From Octopus vulgaris (taxonomy: Eukaryota): DNA of 64,000 nucleotides. Below, one piece after another: positions 25,968 to 39,870 of the stretch. Where the stretch lies: NCBI GenBank assembly GCA_951406725.2, contig OX597814.1, forward strand, positions 86,242,001 to 86,306,000. The letters are read 5' to 3'. Under the pieces are notes generated by a model that saw only the letters and a list, made by a program, of their open reading frames with translations, made no database searches and had not been told where the DNA came from. Position 1 is the stretch's first letter. Each line of letters opens with the position of its first letter. Made by a program: the position numbers and the translations under genes.

Positions 25968-27300
25968 GTTTCTTTATTGGCCACACAGGGCTGCACACAG
26001 ATGGGACAAGTTACAAGGTAGAGCTTTTCTTTTGGGGGATGAAGAGAACAAAACACAAAAGAAAAAAAAGGGGTGGCGTAGGTTTTCGATCAAGAGGGAT
26101 CGTAAAAGGGAAGAAAAGAACAAAAACAAAAAAAAATTGAATAAAATAAAAAGAATAAAAAGAAAAAAAAGGAAAGGAAAAGGAACAAAAGGAAAGAGAA
26201 ATGAAAAAAGAAGAAAAAAGGGGGAAAAAAAGGGGAAGAGGAAAAAAAAGAACGATCAATAGGGATCGTGTATCACAGTGTTATGATATATGGTGTAAAG
26301 GGGAAAGCAAGTAAGGTTTATCCGTGGGAAGAAAAGCCTACGAAAAAGACCACGGTAACCTTGGTCAATATTGTTATATGTTACCACATTTGTTTGCAAG
26401 TGGGTAACCCTCTGTTTTCAATTTCTGGGTTCATAGGATTATGCTGAAGGTGGCTTCGTCATTCATACGTGCCATCCTTGCTACATTCACCCATCTTTTT
26501 TTAAAAATTCGCTAGACAAAACTTGCCTCTCTACTCTCACTTTCCTTTTCAAGTGGTACTTGAAGAAGTTGATGAGAGATTGACCAGAGAGGAAAGTGTT
26601 TGTCTCCAATCCTTTCAGACGCGTCCACCAGATACATTCTTTCGCCATAGCCACAAGGATGATGAAAATAGCTCTTCCTTCCCGTTTGAAGGAAGGAGGC
26701 GTGACAATATTGACGATAGACTCAGCTGATAAACCGACTCGTCCCACACGTGACAGCAGTTGTTCGACATAAGCCCACAGGTCGAAAATTGTTGGACACT
26801 GCACGAGTGCGTGCAGAACGGTTTCGTCGCTCTGACCGCATCTCGGGCAGGTCGGCCCCGTGTTTCTCGAGCCGTGTCTGTAGAGCTTATCCCGAACGGG
26901 TAGCGCTTCTCGGTAGCACTGCCAGGCCAGGGATCTCTGGAAGTTGTCCATGGGCCCTGGCCCGAAAGTCGTCCTGAACAGGCGGGTCAGGTACTCCTCG
27001 TCGACGTCCAGGTTCGCCCCGAGCTCGTCGTCGTACCTCCCCTCCACTAATCCCCTATAGAATGCTTTGGTTGTGTTGAAGTCACTCAAGGTCGACCCGG
27101 GACGGCAGAGTTGCTTGAGAGCAACGCAACACTCGCGGTGCCAATCGCCCTTCCTCGGCCTCTTTTTGATCCACGACTGCAGTTCGGTCATGGAGATGAG
27201 CTGCGGGAAAGCGTGCCTCACAAACGGCGACCACACCTGTTCACCGTCGTCTACATAGAGCCAGAGATGTCGCAGTCTCAGCGCGTGTCTGCGCATCATC
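25967..27300 (-). mobile_element. 5'-truncated Tx1/L1-like LINE inside (GATA)n
   Basis: ORF 26487-27302 with zf-RVT-type motif LPVRDKL..CPRCGQSDETVLHALVQC and ..AKECIWWTR; late frameshift versus the copy at 15.9 kb; ~460-nt 3' UTR ending AATAAAgaaac; (GATA)n on both sides. Confidence 0.9.
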
Positions 27301-27418
<118 letters not shown>

Positions 27419-28026
27419 TACAATGTTAAGGGCATCGTGCTGATGTGAACTTAATTATTTTGTAAGCAAGTGTTACTAGTTTTATCACACAGTGTATACT
27501 AAATACAGAATTTATTAAATAGGTAATATAAAGACTTCTGTATCTGACAATCATGGATGGAGCACTGTCATTAGCATAAGCTATTATATTTCTGAGGGGA
27601 ATATTATGTTCCACGAAATAAGTTACAACATCTTTGAAAATTGTTTTACCTTTAGTGTCTGTTTTAAGACGTCTGGCAAAAAGAATTTCCTCTCTGAATT
27701 TATTACCATCCAAAAACGATCATATGCCAATAAAATAGCTTTACTATCTCTCAGGGTAGATTCATCAGGTTGAAGAGGAAATTTCTGTACTTATAATTTG
27801 GCTACTAGTTGCTTTTCTACATCTTAGCCATTTCAGCAATACACCGTGGCACTAATGAGTTGCTTAAAGGAATCTTACAAGTAATTTCATTAGCATTTTG
27901 TTTCATAAATGATGAAATTATGACAGATACCGCAAGCAAAAATTATAGGGTTTCCCAACCTTGGCTAAAATTTTAGAAATTTCAAAGGATGCCAGTCAAC
28001 CATTATTTTTACATAATTGATTGCTA

Positions 28027-28345
28027 AACAAGAGTACTTAAAGAGCGCCAACCTCCACCAGGGCAACACCAATGTCATCTCAACGATTAGCCGGAGATGA
28101 TTCTTAAAATAAGAATATCTGAAATAAACTCGACTGCTCTCATAAAAAGAACACTAAAATGAACCCGACCGCTCTCAAAAATTAAGTAAAAAACAGGAAA
28201 AGTAATCTAGAATCCTTATCACGTGGCCAAACATCCCTGAAAGTTTCATCCGAATTCATCCAGTGGTTCTTGAAATATCTTGTCCACAGACAAACAAACA
28301 CGACTGAAAACAACACCTCTGCCTTCTCTAAGGCGGAGGTAATAA
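28027..28345 (+). mobile_element. Possible Helentron-associated non-autonomous element (DINE-1/HINE-like)
   Basis: Terminal palindrome acctctgcctt-ctct-aaggcggaggt preceded by (acaa) microsatellite; no ORF. Confidence 0.45.
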
Positions 28346-28489
28346 TGATAATAGAAATAATTATAATAAACTGCCTGACGCAGTACCAGGCCACTGGCTC
28401 TCATGGCTTCTGATCTTAACTGATTGGAAGTGTTATCATGTACATCATTTGTCTTGGTGTAAAAGATGGTTTACTGTGGAGATCGCTAG

Positions 28490-29030
28490 TTAATAGAATT
28501 CAAAGTTCTGGAAGTTTATCCCAATATTGACCACTATGGCCGAACCACTTTACCGTTTAACCAGGAAGGAAACTCCTTGCAAGTGGGGAGATGAGGAGCA
28601 AAGAGCGTTTAAACAGTTGAAAAGCTTATTATCCTCAGATCAGGTCTTTGTACATTTCAACCCAGACAAGCCTTTCGGACTGGCTTATGACGCATCCAAC
28701 GTCGGAATTGGAGATGTCTTGTTACATCGCTGTCTTGCTTCATCTGGATGAAAGTGAGCGCCTATTTGCCAATGTTTCCAAGACTCTCGTGTCTTCAGAA
28801 AGAAACTACAGCCAAATCCACAATGAAGGCCTATCCATTATATTAGGCTTACGGAAATTCTACCAGTATCTGTACGGACATCAGTTTATACTGGTGACTG
28901 ATCATAAATTACTGACGACACTGTTCGGCCCGAAGAAAGGGAAACCACTTCTTGCAGCCAACCGACTAGCTCGATGGGTTTTGTGGCTGAACTAGTTTGA
29001 CTAGTTTGAAAGGATAGATTAGTACCGCAG
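28490..29030 (+). pseudogene. Gypsy LTR-retrotransposon pol fragment (RT connection / RNase H)
   Basis: PLYRLTRKE..WGDEEQRAF..YDASNVGIG.. then frameshift to ..ERNYSQIHNEGLSII..KFYQYLYG..LVTDHK..RLARW. Confidence 0.9.
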
Positions 29031-29098
29031 GCTACAGGCAGCAAGCCCGCTACGCATGCAAAACTCCAGGAGCTCCAACAAAATATGTGATAAAGAGA

Positions 29099-29504
<406 letters not shown>

Positions 29505-29844
29505 AGTACCAAGCAGTAGCTCTCGTGGCTTCTGATCTTAACTGATTGGAAGTGTTAACATGTACATGTTTTGTCTTGGTATAAAAGATGAGTTATAGCA
29601 AATATTCTGCTCAATACCACAGATTTTCTTGCCAGTTGTTTGAGCATCATCCTTAAACAAACCTTATTCAGAGACCTTTTGAATGGGATGGGCTACTTGA
29701 CCTGAAGAAAATTCTAACTGGACCATGCGTTATCTTGATATGAGATCATCATGTCGCGCACATACGGTTGTGATGTACGTGCCTGGTGTACTCTTATCAG
29801 ACGGGTATTCATGATGGGCATAGTGGACTTGGTGTATTTGAGCC

Positions 29845-29845
<1 letters not shown>
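29505..29845. mobile_element. Internally deleted copy of the (AAT)-embedded element at 35315-35868
   Basis: Colinear blocks; (AAT)n on both sides. Confidence 0.8.
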
Positions 29846-29912
<67 letters not shown>

Positions 29913-29921
29913 TAATAATAA

Positions 29922-30135
29922 TCCATTCTACTATAGGCACAAGGGCTGCGATTTGGAGGAGGAGATAGTCGCGATCTCATCGACCCCAGTGCACAACTGG
30001 TACTTATTTGATTGACCCTGAAAGGATGAAAGTCAAAGTTGACCTCGGCGGAATTTGAACTCAGAACGTAGCGACGGGCGAAATACCACTAAGCATTTAG
30101 TCCAGCGCGCTAACGATTCTGCCAGCTCGCAGCCT
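29922..30135 (-). mobile_element. Nin-core SINE with (ATT)n tail
   Basis: Head and core as other copies; tail ..cttgtgcctatagtagaatggattattatt on minus strand. Confidence 0.85.
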
Positions 30136-30151
30136 TGAATGATAATGATAG

Positions 30152-30227
<76 letters not shown>

Positions 30228-30489
30228 ATCGAAATTCATGTAGTGCCAACAGCAAGACAAAGGAAGGAAGCCTACGGAGAAATAAGAATAGAGAAAGAAT
30301 TACCACAGATGGGAATTTCAGAACACGCCTGAAGCATTGTGAGACGTCATAGTAACACAAGTAGCTCAGGTGTTGCAAAAAAGAAAGCAAACTAGAAGGC
30401 AAGATCCCAAACATCAGGTTAAAATATTTAACATTATCTAGTTGAGAGACGTGTAGATTCTTGGCTGAGATTGACACCTTTAGCCAACA

Positions 30490-31445
30490 CGTTAAACTAT
30501 GGTGGACTTGGATAGAAAAGCTATGGGAGAATTACCAAAACATCTTTGGTATATAAACGATAAAGAACTGTATGTTAGAGACGATAAATAAATGTAGCCG
30601 ACAGTACTTGGAATAATTTATGAGACAGGGTTAGAAAAATGCGCCTAGGCAACCTTGAAGAGAGGAAAATTAAGAACATTAATATCAAGTTAGATTTTTA
30701 AACAGAACAGAGGTAAGAGAAATGGCCCAAATTAGACTTACAAATATTTAGAAATCAATGAATTGGACTGAGATCATTGATTCCAAAAAATCAATGAACT
30801 CTGTCTAGCTCATTGATAGACAGACACATACAAATGAAAAAAAAAAGATTAAGAAAGAAAATCATAGACACATTAGATTAATAATTAAAACGTATCTAAA
30901 TATATAAAGCAATAAATAGATATAAATAGATATACTGCTATTGCAGTATTAAGTTATAAATGAAATATATTGAAATGGGCGTTAAATGAACAAGTAGAAC
31001 TATCATGATTGTATTTAAAATACTCTACCCCGAATATGACACAAGATTCTATTAACAATGAAGTCAGAGAGTTGGGAGCCAAATACAAATAGAAATTTAG
31101 TCTATTAATATCCATAGTTGGACAACAAAAATTCTAGCAAATAATAATGAATAGCTAATATAAATTGCTACAAAAACATGAACAAAACACAAAAATTTTT
31201 GGCGCAAGGAAGCTAAGAAATAAAAAGCAAAGCTGAAATGACAGATAGCAATGATAAGATTGTGGTAACAACTACAGAATTTGATAAATGGCAAAAAACT
31301 GAGATATAAATGGGGCTGCGAATTATCATGATAAAGAACGATAACAAAATGCCCTGGAAAGTCAATGCTTGAAAGACTAAAGGTACCACCGGAAATAAAA
31401 CAAAAGAAAAATTACAACACTGGCTGAGAAGCGTTGGATCCATCC
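30490..31445 (+). pseudogene. Highly degraded R4/Dong-like RT remnant
   Basis: Scattered motifs GLEKCA..KRGK, YKYL, ..WLRS in broken frames. Confidence 0.4.
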
Positions 31446-31475
31446 GGCAGATGACATCAGGTGTTCAACACAACT

Positions 31476-31745
31476 TCACGAGTCAGTAATGCCTTCGGGT
31501 ACCAGCCGAGTGCGTGCAGAACAGTTTCGTTGCTTTGCTCGCACTTGAGCATGCACATTTGATGGAATTTCTGTACCTGAAGAGTTTATTTCGAAGTGGC
31601 AATGCACCCACGCAGATTGTGCCAGAGATTTCAGGAAATTATCCATGGGACCCGATGCAAACGTCCCCCGGAAAACACCAGCCAGTTGATTTTCTTCGAC
31701 TCTCAGTATCTCACCGAGTACGTCGCCATTCTCGCCCATTAAGAT
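31476..31745 (-). mobile_element. Diverged fragment of the Tx1-like LINE
   Basis: GPMDNFLKSLA matches GPMDNFQRSLA of ORF 26487-27302. Confidence 0.7.
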
Positions 31746-31842
31746 GTGACATAGACATAGATACATCAGAAGTTAAGTGGTTATTATTAATGATAATAAT
31801 AATAACAATAACAATTATAATAATTATCATTATTATAATTAT

Positions 31843-32015
31843 TAGGAGTGGGAGTGGCTGTGTGGTAAGTAGCTTGCTTACCAACCACATGGTCCCCGGT
31901 TCAGTCCCACAGCGTAGCACCTTGGGCAAGTGTCTTCTACTTTAGCCTCGGGCCGACCAATGCCTTGTGAGTGGATTTGGTAGACGGAAACTGAAAGAAG
32001 CCCGTCGTATATATG

Positions 32016-32110
<95 letters not shown>

Positions 32111-32316
32111 TTGTGTCTGTGTTTGTCCTTCCTACATCGCTTGACAACCGATGCTGGTGTGTTTACGTCCCCGTAACTTAGCGGTTCGGCAAAAGAGATC
32201 GATAGAATAAGTACTAGGCTTCCAAAGAATAAGTCCTGGGGTCGATTTGCTCGACTAAAGACGGTGCTCCAGCATGACCGCAGTCAAATGACTGAAACAA
32301 GTAAAAAGAGTAAAAA

Positions 32317-32317
<1 letters not shown>
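31843..32317 (+). mobile_element. Full-length CORE-like SINE inserted in an (AAT)n tract
   Basis: Colinear with 23510-23917; expanded internal (TG)n. Confidence 0.9.
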
Positions 32318-32400
<83 letters not shown>

Positions 32401-32402
32401 TA

Positions 32403-32437
<35 letters not shown>

Positions 32438-32438
32438 G

Positions 32439-32546
<108 letters not shown>

Positions 32547-33849
32547 TTCATATACACAGTTACAAGAAATATTAAAACTAAGGAGTTCACAAAATGTATG
32601 GTGATGAATAAAAGCAAAGTTATATAAAAACGAAGAGAAAGACGTCATAGACGTCATACGATGAGTTTGATGTGCCCAAAATTGTCCGATAACACTTTGC
32701 ATAGGACAACACTAAAAAATATCCCGCTTCTAAGGGATATTCTTGCTTTAACGAATGATAATATCCTGGTTTTATAGATACCAAAATTCTGTCTCTGGTG
32801 TGTCTCCTATATTCCAACCCTTTGCACCATGAATACGTTAATGAGGTTCTGGTTCGACTATTAAACACGTATTTCATGACATCAATTTCTTGTTACGTTT
32901 TGCATCCTCTTATGTCAAGATTTCCTTCTCTTTTTTTTTTCCGGCTGGATCTTTTTCTTCCTCTTCTTTGCGTAATTTTCACTTCCTATCCGACTTCATT
33001 TACCAGAAACACAAATGTAAAAACGTAAAAGAAAGAAAATACAAAGCAAAAATACAAACAAACGAACAAAAAAAAGCAAACAACAAAACTACAAACAACG
33101 AAAATAAAAGAACTGACGCTATGAACATTCATCTCGTAAATCATGAAGCAAGCAACATAAAGGCTGGGGGGAAGGAATCAGTCTAATTTGCATAACACTG
33201 ACCAACAAAAATCTGAACCAGAGCTATATAAACATATATATGAAATAAAAAGGAAAAAGCTAAGAAAACAAAATTTTAAAACTGAAATTTTGAAAATAAC
33301 AATAAGTTAAAGATGGGAAGAGTTAAATAATTAAAATTGTTAGATCTTTTCATTGACCAACGAAAAACTGTTCTAAAGATAAAACTTAATGATAAAATAG
33401 CAACAACAACAAAACCTGGTTACCGTAAACCTAGTGAAAACATGTGAACATTAATATCAGCAGAATAAATCAAGTGATCTATATAGTAACCACAGTAGTC
33501 ACAAAGGAAAGTGGGTACTTCCTCAAAACTACTTATAGTGGAACATCTAAAGCGAAGCAAATAACATGGGAAACAAATATAGTGGTAGAAAAGAAAAGAA
33601 AATATCTTTCAATCTTAAACGACATCAACATCTAAAAGACACAAATGAAACAAAAAGAGAGAGAGAAATATTACAGAAACACAAACGCAGCACAAAACGT
33701 ATGCAAAATGAAAGAATGCCTGAAACAAGAGAGCCACACCAATCACAAAGAATCTGTCATTATGAAATGCGACAACGATCTTAAGACACAATAAGTAGGT
33801 CAACTCCAGTAGAAAATGTAAAAACAAAATAGAAATCAATGGAGCGCCA

Positions 33850-34345
33850 ATAGCAAAAGAAGTGGAGAAATCTGAGGAATAAGTATGGACGGCAAATAGG
33901 CCGCCACGAACGAGAATATTCAAAATATCAAGTGAAGAACCTGAATAATCGTGAAAACAACAATAACCCGATCAAAGAAGTAGTTCAGGTGTTACAAAGA
34001 CAGGAATAGCAGGAAAGCACCAAGAAGTTTCAAACATCCGGTTAACATACTTAGCATGTACTTTTGTCAGGACAGATATATTTTACGTTATATTAAATGA
34101 ATCAAGAACAACACCTGAGTAGTTCACCAAGGGAAGCAGTATACACAGCCTTAACGGCAGTAACTTCAGAAAATATATGAATACTCACGCGATTTTTTTT
34201 TTAAAGCTTCTCTTTCAGTATATAAACGTATGATATAAAAGCACATATGATCGTATTGAACAACAAAGTCAAAATCGAAAAATAACTAGAAAAAGGGTTC
34301 TTAGCATTGAATGGATTGTTTACCAGAAAAATTCTGATATTATTT
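33850..34345 (+). pseudogene. Degraded R4/Dong-like RT N-terminal remnant
   Basis: Weak motifs PE*FTKG and WI.YQK resembling PEWxTxG and WIDYxKAxD. Confidence 0.3.
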
Positions 34346-34436
34346 CTTATTTGTGTGTTCTGAAAACATTTTTCCTAAATAAAGCTGCATCAATAACAAA
34401 CAAGTACATCAAACATGAATAAATGGCAAACAATTC

Positions 34437-34595
34437 TAGGAGTGGCTGTGTAGTAAGTAACTTGCTTACCAACCACAGGGTTCCGGGTTCATTCCCACTG
34501 CATGGCACCTCGGGCGAGTGTCTTCTACTATTGCCTCGGGCCGACCAAAGCCTTGTGAGTGGATTTGGTAGACGGAAACTGAAAGAAGCCCATCG

Positions 34596-34658
<63 letters not shown>

Positions 34659-34715
34659 TTGTCCCCCCAACAAGTCAAATGACTGAAACAAGTAAAAGAC
34701 TAGAAGAGTAAAAGA
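34437..34715 (+). mobile_element. CORE-like SINE with internal deletion
   Basis: Head, core and tail present; post-microsatellite segment missing. Confidence 0.85.
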
Positions 34716-35085
34716 GATAAAAACAAGGGATTATAAAAATGAATTTCACCTGTATTACGAATATTGCAAAGTGATTTCTTTTCTCCATTTCTTCTCTACC
34801 GGGTGTTTGTAAAATAAAATTTGAAAATTATTACCACAAATTTGAACCACTTAGCAGTAAGAAACCAACAAGTCCAAATCCGATGTGTTTCAGTTGGCTT
34901 AACAAATGCTATATAACGAAATGTTACATAGCATAATTTCAACAATTAACAACCTTTGAACATAAACAGACGAACAAACTTACGATGATTTTATTGAAAC
35001 CACAAAAAAAAGTAGAACAGTCATCGTAAGTACGAACGACTCGCATTGACATGTTACCGACACCACAACAAATATAACAACAACG

Positions 35086-35187
<102 letters not shown>

Positions 35188-35314
35188 GTACCAGGCAGTG
35201 GCTCTCATGGCTTCTGATCTTAACTGATTGGAAGTGTTATCATGTACATTGTTTTGTCTTGGTATAAAAGATGGGCTACAGCAAATATTCTGCTCAATAC
35301 CACAGATTTGCTAT

Positions 35315-35868
35315 ACCCTGATGCAGTACCAGGCAGTGGCTCTCATGGCTTCTGATCTTAACTGATTGGAAGTGTTATCATGTACATTGTTTTGTCTTGG
35401 TATAAAAGATGGGCTACAGCAAATATTCTGCTCAATACCGCAGATTTGCTTGTCAGTTGTTTGACCTTAACCAGTTGAGCATGTCCCTTAGTGGCTGACG
35501 ATATGTGCATCTCTGATCACGAGCAGAAGTAGTGGGGGAGCATCATAGCCATGTGTTGAGAAGGATTCTTTGGGGTTTGAATAATTCACCTCTGGAAACA
35601 TGGGTGTTTCGTTCAACGTCCTTAAACAACCCTTATTCAGGGACCTTTTGAGCGGGATGGGTTACTCGATCTGAAGAAAATTCTAACTGGGCCCCACCTG
35701 CAAGGTCATGTGCTGTTTATCTTGATATGAGATCACCATGTCGCGCACATATGGTTGTGATGCATGTGCCTGGTGTACCCTTATCAGACGGATAGTCATG
35801 ATGGGTATACTGGGCTTCGTATATTTTACCCCAGTGTCACTTTGATGGCATGCTCTGCTCGCTCACTC
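35315..35868. mobile_element. ~550-bp non-coding interspersed element associated with (AAT)n
   Basis: Partial copies at 28374-28470, 29505-29845, 35188-35312, 36548-36572; at or next to AAT-rich tracts. Confidence 0.75.
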
Positions 35869-35952
<84 letters not shown>

Positions 35953-35986
35953 TATAATAACAGTAATAATAACAGTAATAATAACA

Positions 35987-36047
<61 letters not shown>

Positions 36048-36048
<1 letters not shown>

Positions 36049-36481
36049 TTCACATTTTGGCACATGGCCAGTAATTTCAGGGGAAGGGATGAGTCGAATA
36101 CATTGACCCCAGTATTCAACTGGTATTTCTTTTAGCGAGCCCGAAAGAAGGAAAGGGAAAGTCGACCTCGCGGAATTTGAACATAGAACATAGCAACGGG
36201 CGAAATGTCGCTAAGCATTTTGCCCGATGTGCTGACGATTCTGCCAGCTCGCCGCCTTAATAATAATAATAATAATAACCTTTTCTACTATAAGCACAAG
36301 GTCCTAATTTGGGGGGGGGGGGGGGAGGGAGCCAGTCGCAATTAACAACCTTTGAACATAAACAGACGAACAAACTTACGATGATTTTATTGAAACCACA
36401 AAAAAAAGTAGAACAGTCATCGTAAGTACGAACGACTCGCATTGACATGTTACCGACACCACAACAAATATAACAACAACG

Positions 36482-36547
<66 letters not shown>

Positions 36548-37123
36548 GTACCAGGCAGTGGCTCTCATGGCTGGTACTTAATTTATCGACCCCGAAATGA
36601 TGAAAGGTAAAGTCGACCTCGGCAGAATTTGAACTCAGAACTTAAAGGCAAACGAAATACCGCTAAGTATTTCGCTCGGTGTGCTGACGATTCTCCCAGC
36701 TCGCCGCCTTAATAATAATAATAATGGTTTCAAATTTCGCCACAAGGGCGGAACATTTGGGTGAGAGGGGTTAAGTCCATTACATCGACCCCAGTTTTTC
36801 GCTAGTACTTAATTTATCGACCTCGAAAGGATGAAAGGCAAAGTCGACCTCGACAGATTTTGAACTCAGAACTTAAAGGTAGACGAAATACTTTTTTCTT
36901 TACTACTCACAAGGGGCTAAACACAGAGAGGACAAACAAGGACAGACAAACGGATTACGTCGATTATATCGACCCCACTGCGTAACTGGTACTTATTTGA
37001 TCGACCCCGAAAGGATGAAAGGCAAAGTCGACCTCGGCGGAACTTGAATTCAGAACGTAGCGGCAGACGAAATACCGCTAAGCATTTCGCCCAGTGTGCT
37101 AACGATTCTGCCAGCTCGCCGCC
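36048..37123 (-). mobile_element. Head-to-tail array of four Nin-core SINEs, mostly separated by short (AAT)n
   Basis: Cores at ~36140, 36590, 36820, 37005; three different tail types. Confidence 0.85.
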
Positions 37124-37139
37124 TTAATAACAGAGAAAA

Positions 37140-37825
37140 AATATATATACCGCACAAGTGCATCGGCCCTCTGCAGAATATGTGGGAAAAAGGTTGAAAG
37201 TGTGACTCACATTGTTAGTGCTTGTGAAAGTCTTACGCAGAAAGAGTACAAGCGTAGACACGACAAAGTAGCCCAAAAGCTCCACTGGCTACTATGCCGT
37301 AAGTATGGATATGAGATTACGGGTGCTTGTTACCAACATACATGAACGAAAAGGGGAAAGCAAAAATCCTCTAGGACTTTGATTTCCACTCAGACAAAGT
37401 GTTAGAGCACCGAAGGCCGAATATAGTAACCATTAGGAAGGACAAATAAGAGTGTCTAATAATCGACGTAGCAGTGCCGGGAGATCAACATATCATCATG
37501 AAAGAAAGAGAAAAAGTTGATGAATATGGAGACCTGAGAATTGAGATCACTAAGATGTGACAGCTACGAGAGTCGAACATAAAGGTTATCCCTATTATCA
37601 TCGGAGCATTAGATTCAATACCACTCTATCTGAAAAATAAAATGTCTGAAAACCTTAGAGATACCCTACAATCTAGATGTATCGCAAAAGTCGGTATTAC
37701 TTGGAATGCATATTGCGTAAAGTACTGTCTGTTGTGACTTGACAAACAGTACAATATCTTCAGTCAACAACTTCACGATATTGTATACAGTGCGACGTCT
37801 ATAGTAATAGTAATAATAATAATAA
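37140..37825 (+). mobile_element. R4/Dong-clade non-LTR retrotransposon 3' fragment (CCHC finger + restriction-like endonuclease)
   Basis: LCRICGKKVESVTHIVSAC..YKRRHDKVA..IL*DF..HRRPNIV..IIDVAVP..KEREKVDEYGDL..VIPIIIGAL, with stops/frameshifts; ends in a (TAA) tail. Confidence 0.9.
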
Positions 37826-39773
37826 TGAGGAGGAGGAGGAGGAGGAGGAGGAAGAAGAAGAGGAGGAAGAAGAAGATGAGGAGAAGGAGGAGGAGGAGGA
37901 GGAGGAGGAGGAGTTTACCCGGTGTGCTAACAATTTTGTCAGTTCGCCAACGAGGAGGAGGAGGAGGAGGGGCAGCGACGATGATAAAAAGAACCTGAAA
38001 TTTAAATAAAATATTTAAAATTGCAAAATCGAAAAATATCATTCCACGAATCTACAAGACAAAGTCCTTTAAAAAATACCTGCAGACTATTATTCAAGTA
38101 GCGAATAGACTAACACAACCTGCAATTACCACAGAATTTGCAGTACAGTCCGCCGTCTTCCAGCAAGTTCGGAGAGGTCCGTAACACTCATAATATATAA
38201 ATTTGCTTTAAAACCACCAAACAAAAGTTGTGTGGAATGGAATTCTGAGAAACGTCTCGAACATATGAAGATTTAGAAGTGGAATCGTAGACGAGACAAT
38301 TAAGTAGACTCATAAGCTTTAGATTCTCACAAACGTGACGTACATGGTGCTAACTCTGATGTCTGATTCATTATCTGCCTGCACAGTTAGATATATGGGT
38401 GAGGTGTAAATTATTTTTATTTTATGCATTTATTTACTTATAATTTTTTTTTTCCTTCGAAAATTCTTCTATACTGTAAAGTCCAATTTTTAGAAGCCTC
38501 TGGTATTCTAGCAAGTATGAACGCTAGCAATTCATTTAGAAAACATTTCTTAAGACACAAAATATCCGTAGATGTTATCTTTTTCATAATTTTTTCCTAA
38601 TCGAATCAATCATTAATTATGTTAATTAGCTAACTCGATTAATTTGATACCCTAACTTTGTTTGGGTATCTATATGTGTTCACCGGAACATTCAGGTACA
38701 TTTCCAGCGTTTCCATATCGAAGCCATTCGGTCTTCGTTGAAATTCTTGTCTTCATCCTCATCTTTCTTTCTTCTTATTCTTCCGCTTTTCTTTTCAGTT
38801 GTCTTAGTTTTTCTCTTCATCTATAGCCTTCATCATCTTCGTTTTCTTTTTCCTCAGTCTCTTCTTTTTCATCTTTTTCCTCTCCTTCTTCTTCTTCTTC
38901 TTCTTCTTCTTCTTCTTCTTCTTCTTCATTTTCTTCATTTTCTTCTTTTCTTCTTCTTCTTCTTCTTCTTCTTCTTCTTCTTCTTCTTCTTCTTCTTCTT
39001 CCACTTTTTATAGACAGACCATCGATTTCCAAGATTCCACACTAGTTTATTTGATCATAGTTTTTTTCTTTCTTTCTTCTTTCTCTCTCTTTTTTTTTTT
39101 TTTTTTACTTTCTTGCTTCCTTCTTTCCTTCTTCCTTTTGTGTCTTTCTGCCTTCTTGCCTTTCTTTCTGTCTTCTTTGTCTTAGATTCTCTTCTACGTT
39201 GCTAAAATCTCACTTAATTCGCACTAATTCGTTTTACCTCGAATCGTTTTTCTTTCCGAACACTTTCATTTTTCATCAGCAAACACACACACACAGAAAC
39301 ACACACACAAACACATGTACACACACATACACACACACGCGCGCACGCAGGCACACACGCACACAGACACTCACACACATGCACACACACTGACACCAGC
39401 TGATCACACAGCACTCTACAAAGACACAAATTTCCTTCTCTTCCTCCACTCACAGCACAACACCGTGGCTATCATAATCCCTTTCTCTCCTTCTTCATCC
39501 TCCTTCTGGGCTCCCGTGACATTCAATATTACTCTCTTTAATTTTCTAGCATTACCCCAACCCATTATTTTTGCCTTTGTATATGAGTGTATATATGTGT
39601 GCGTATATGTGTGTGCGTATGTGTGTGTCTGCATATGTGTGTGTGTATAGATAGATAAATAGATAGATATGTATGTATGTACGTGTGTATGTATGTATAT
39701 ATGTATGTATATACATATACATTAATATATTATATATTTGCATAAATATTTATATAATATACAGATGTGTGTG

Positions 39774-39807
<34 letters not shown>

Positions 39808-39837
39808 TGTATGTATGTATGTATGTATGTACGTATG

Positions 39838-39870
<33 letters not shown>

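Noticed and set aside
35494-35535. CTGACGA as a hammerhead core
   Set aside because: No GAAA plus stem III/cleavage triplet in register.
36048-37123. Repeat-spacer pattern resembling a CRISPR array
   Set aside because: Units are ~200-bp SINEs with A/B boxes in eukaryotic DNA; no cas genes.
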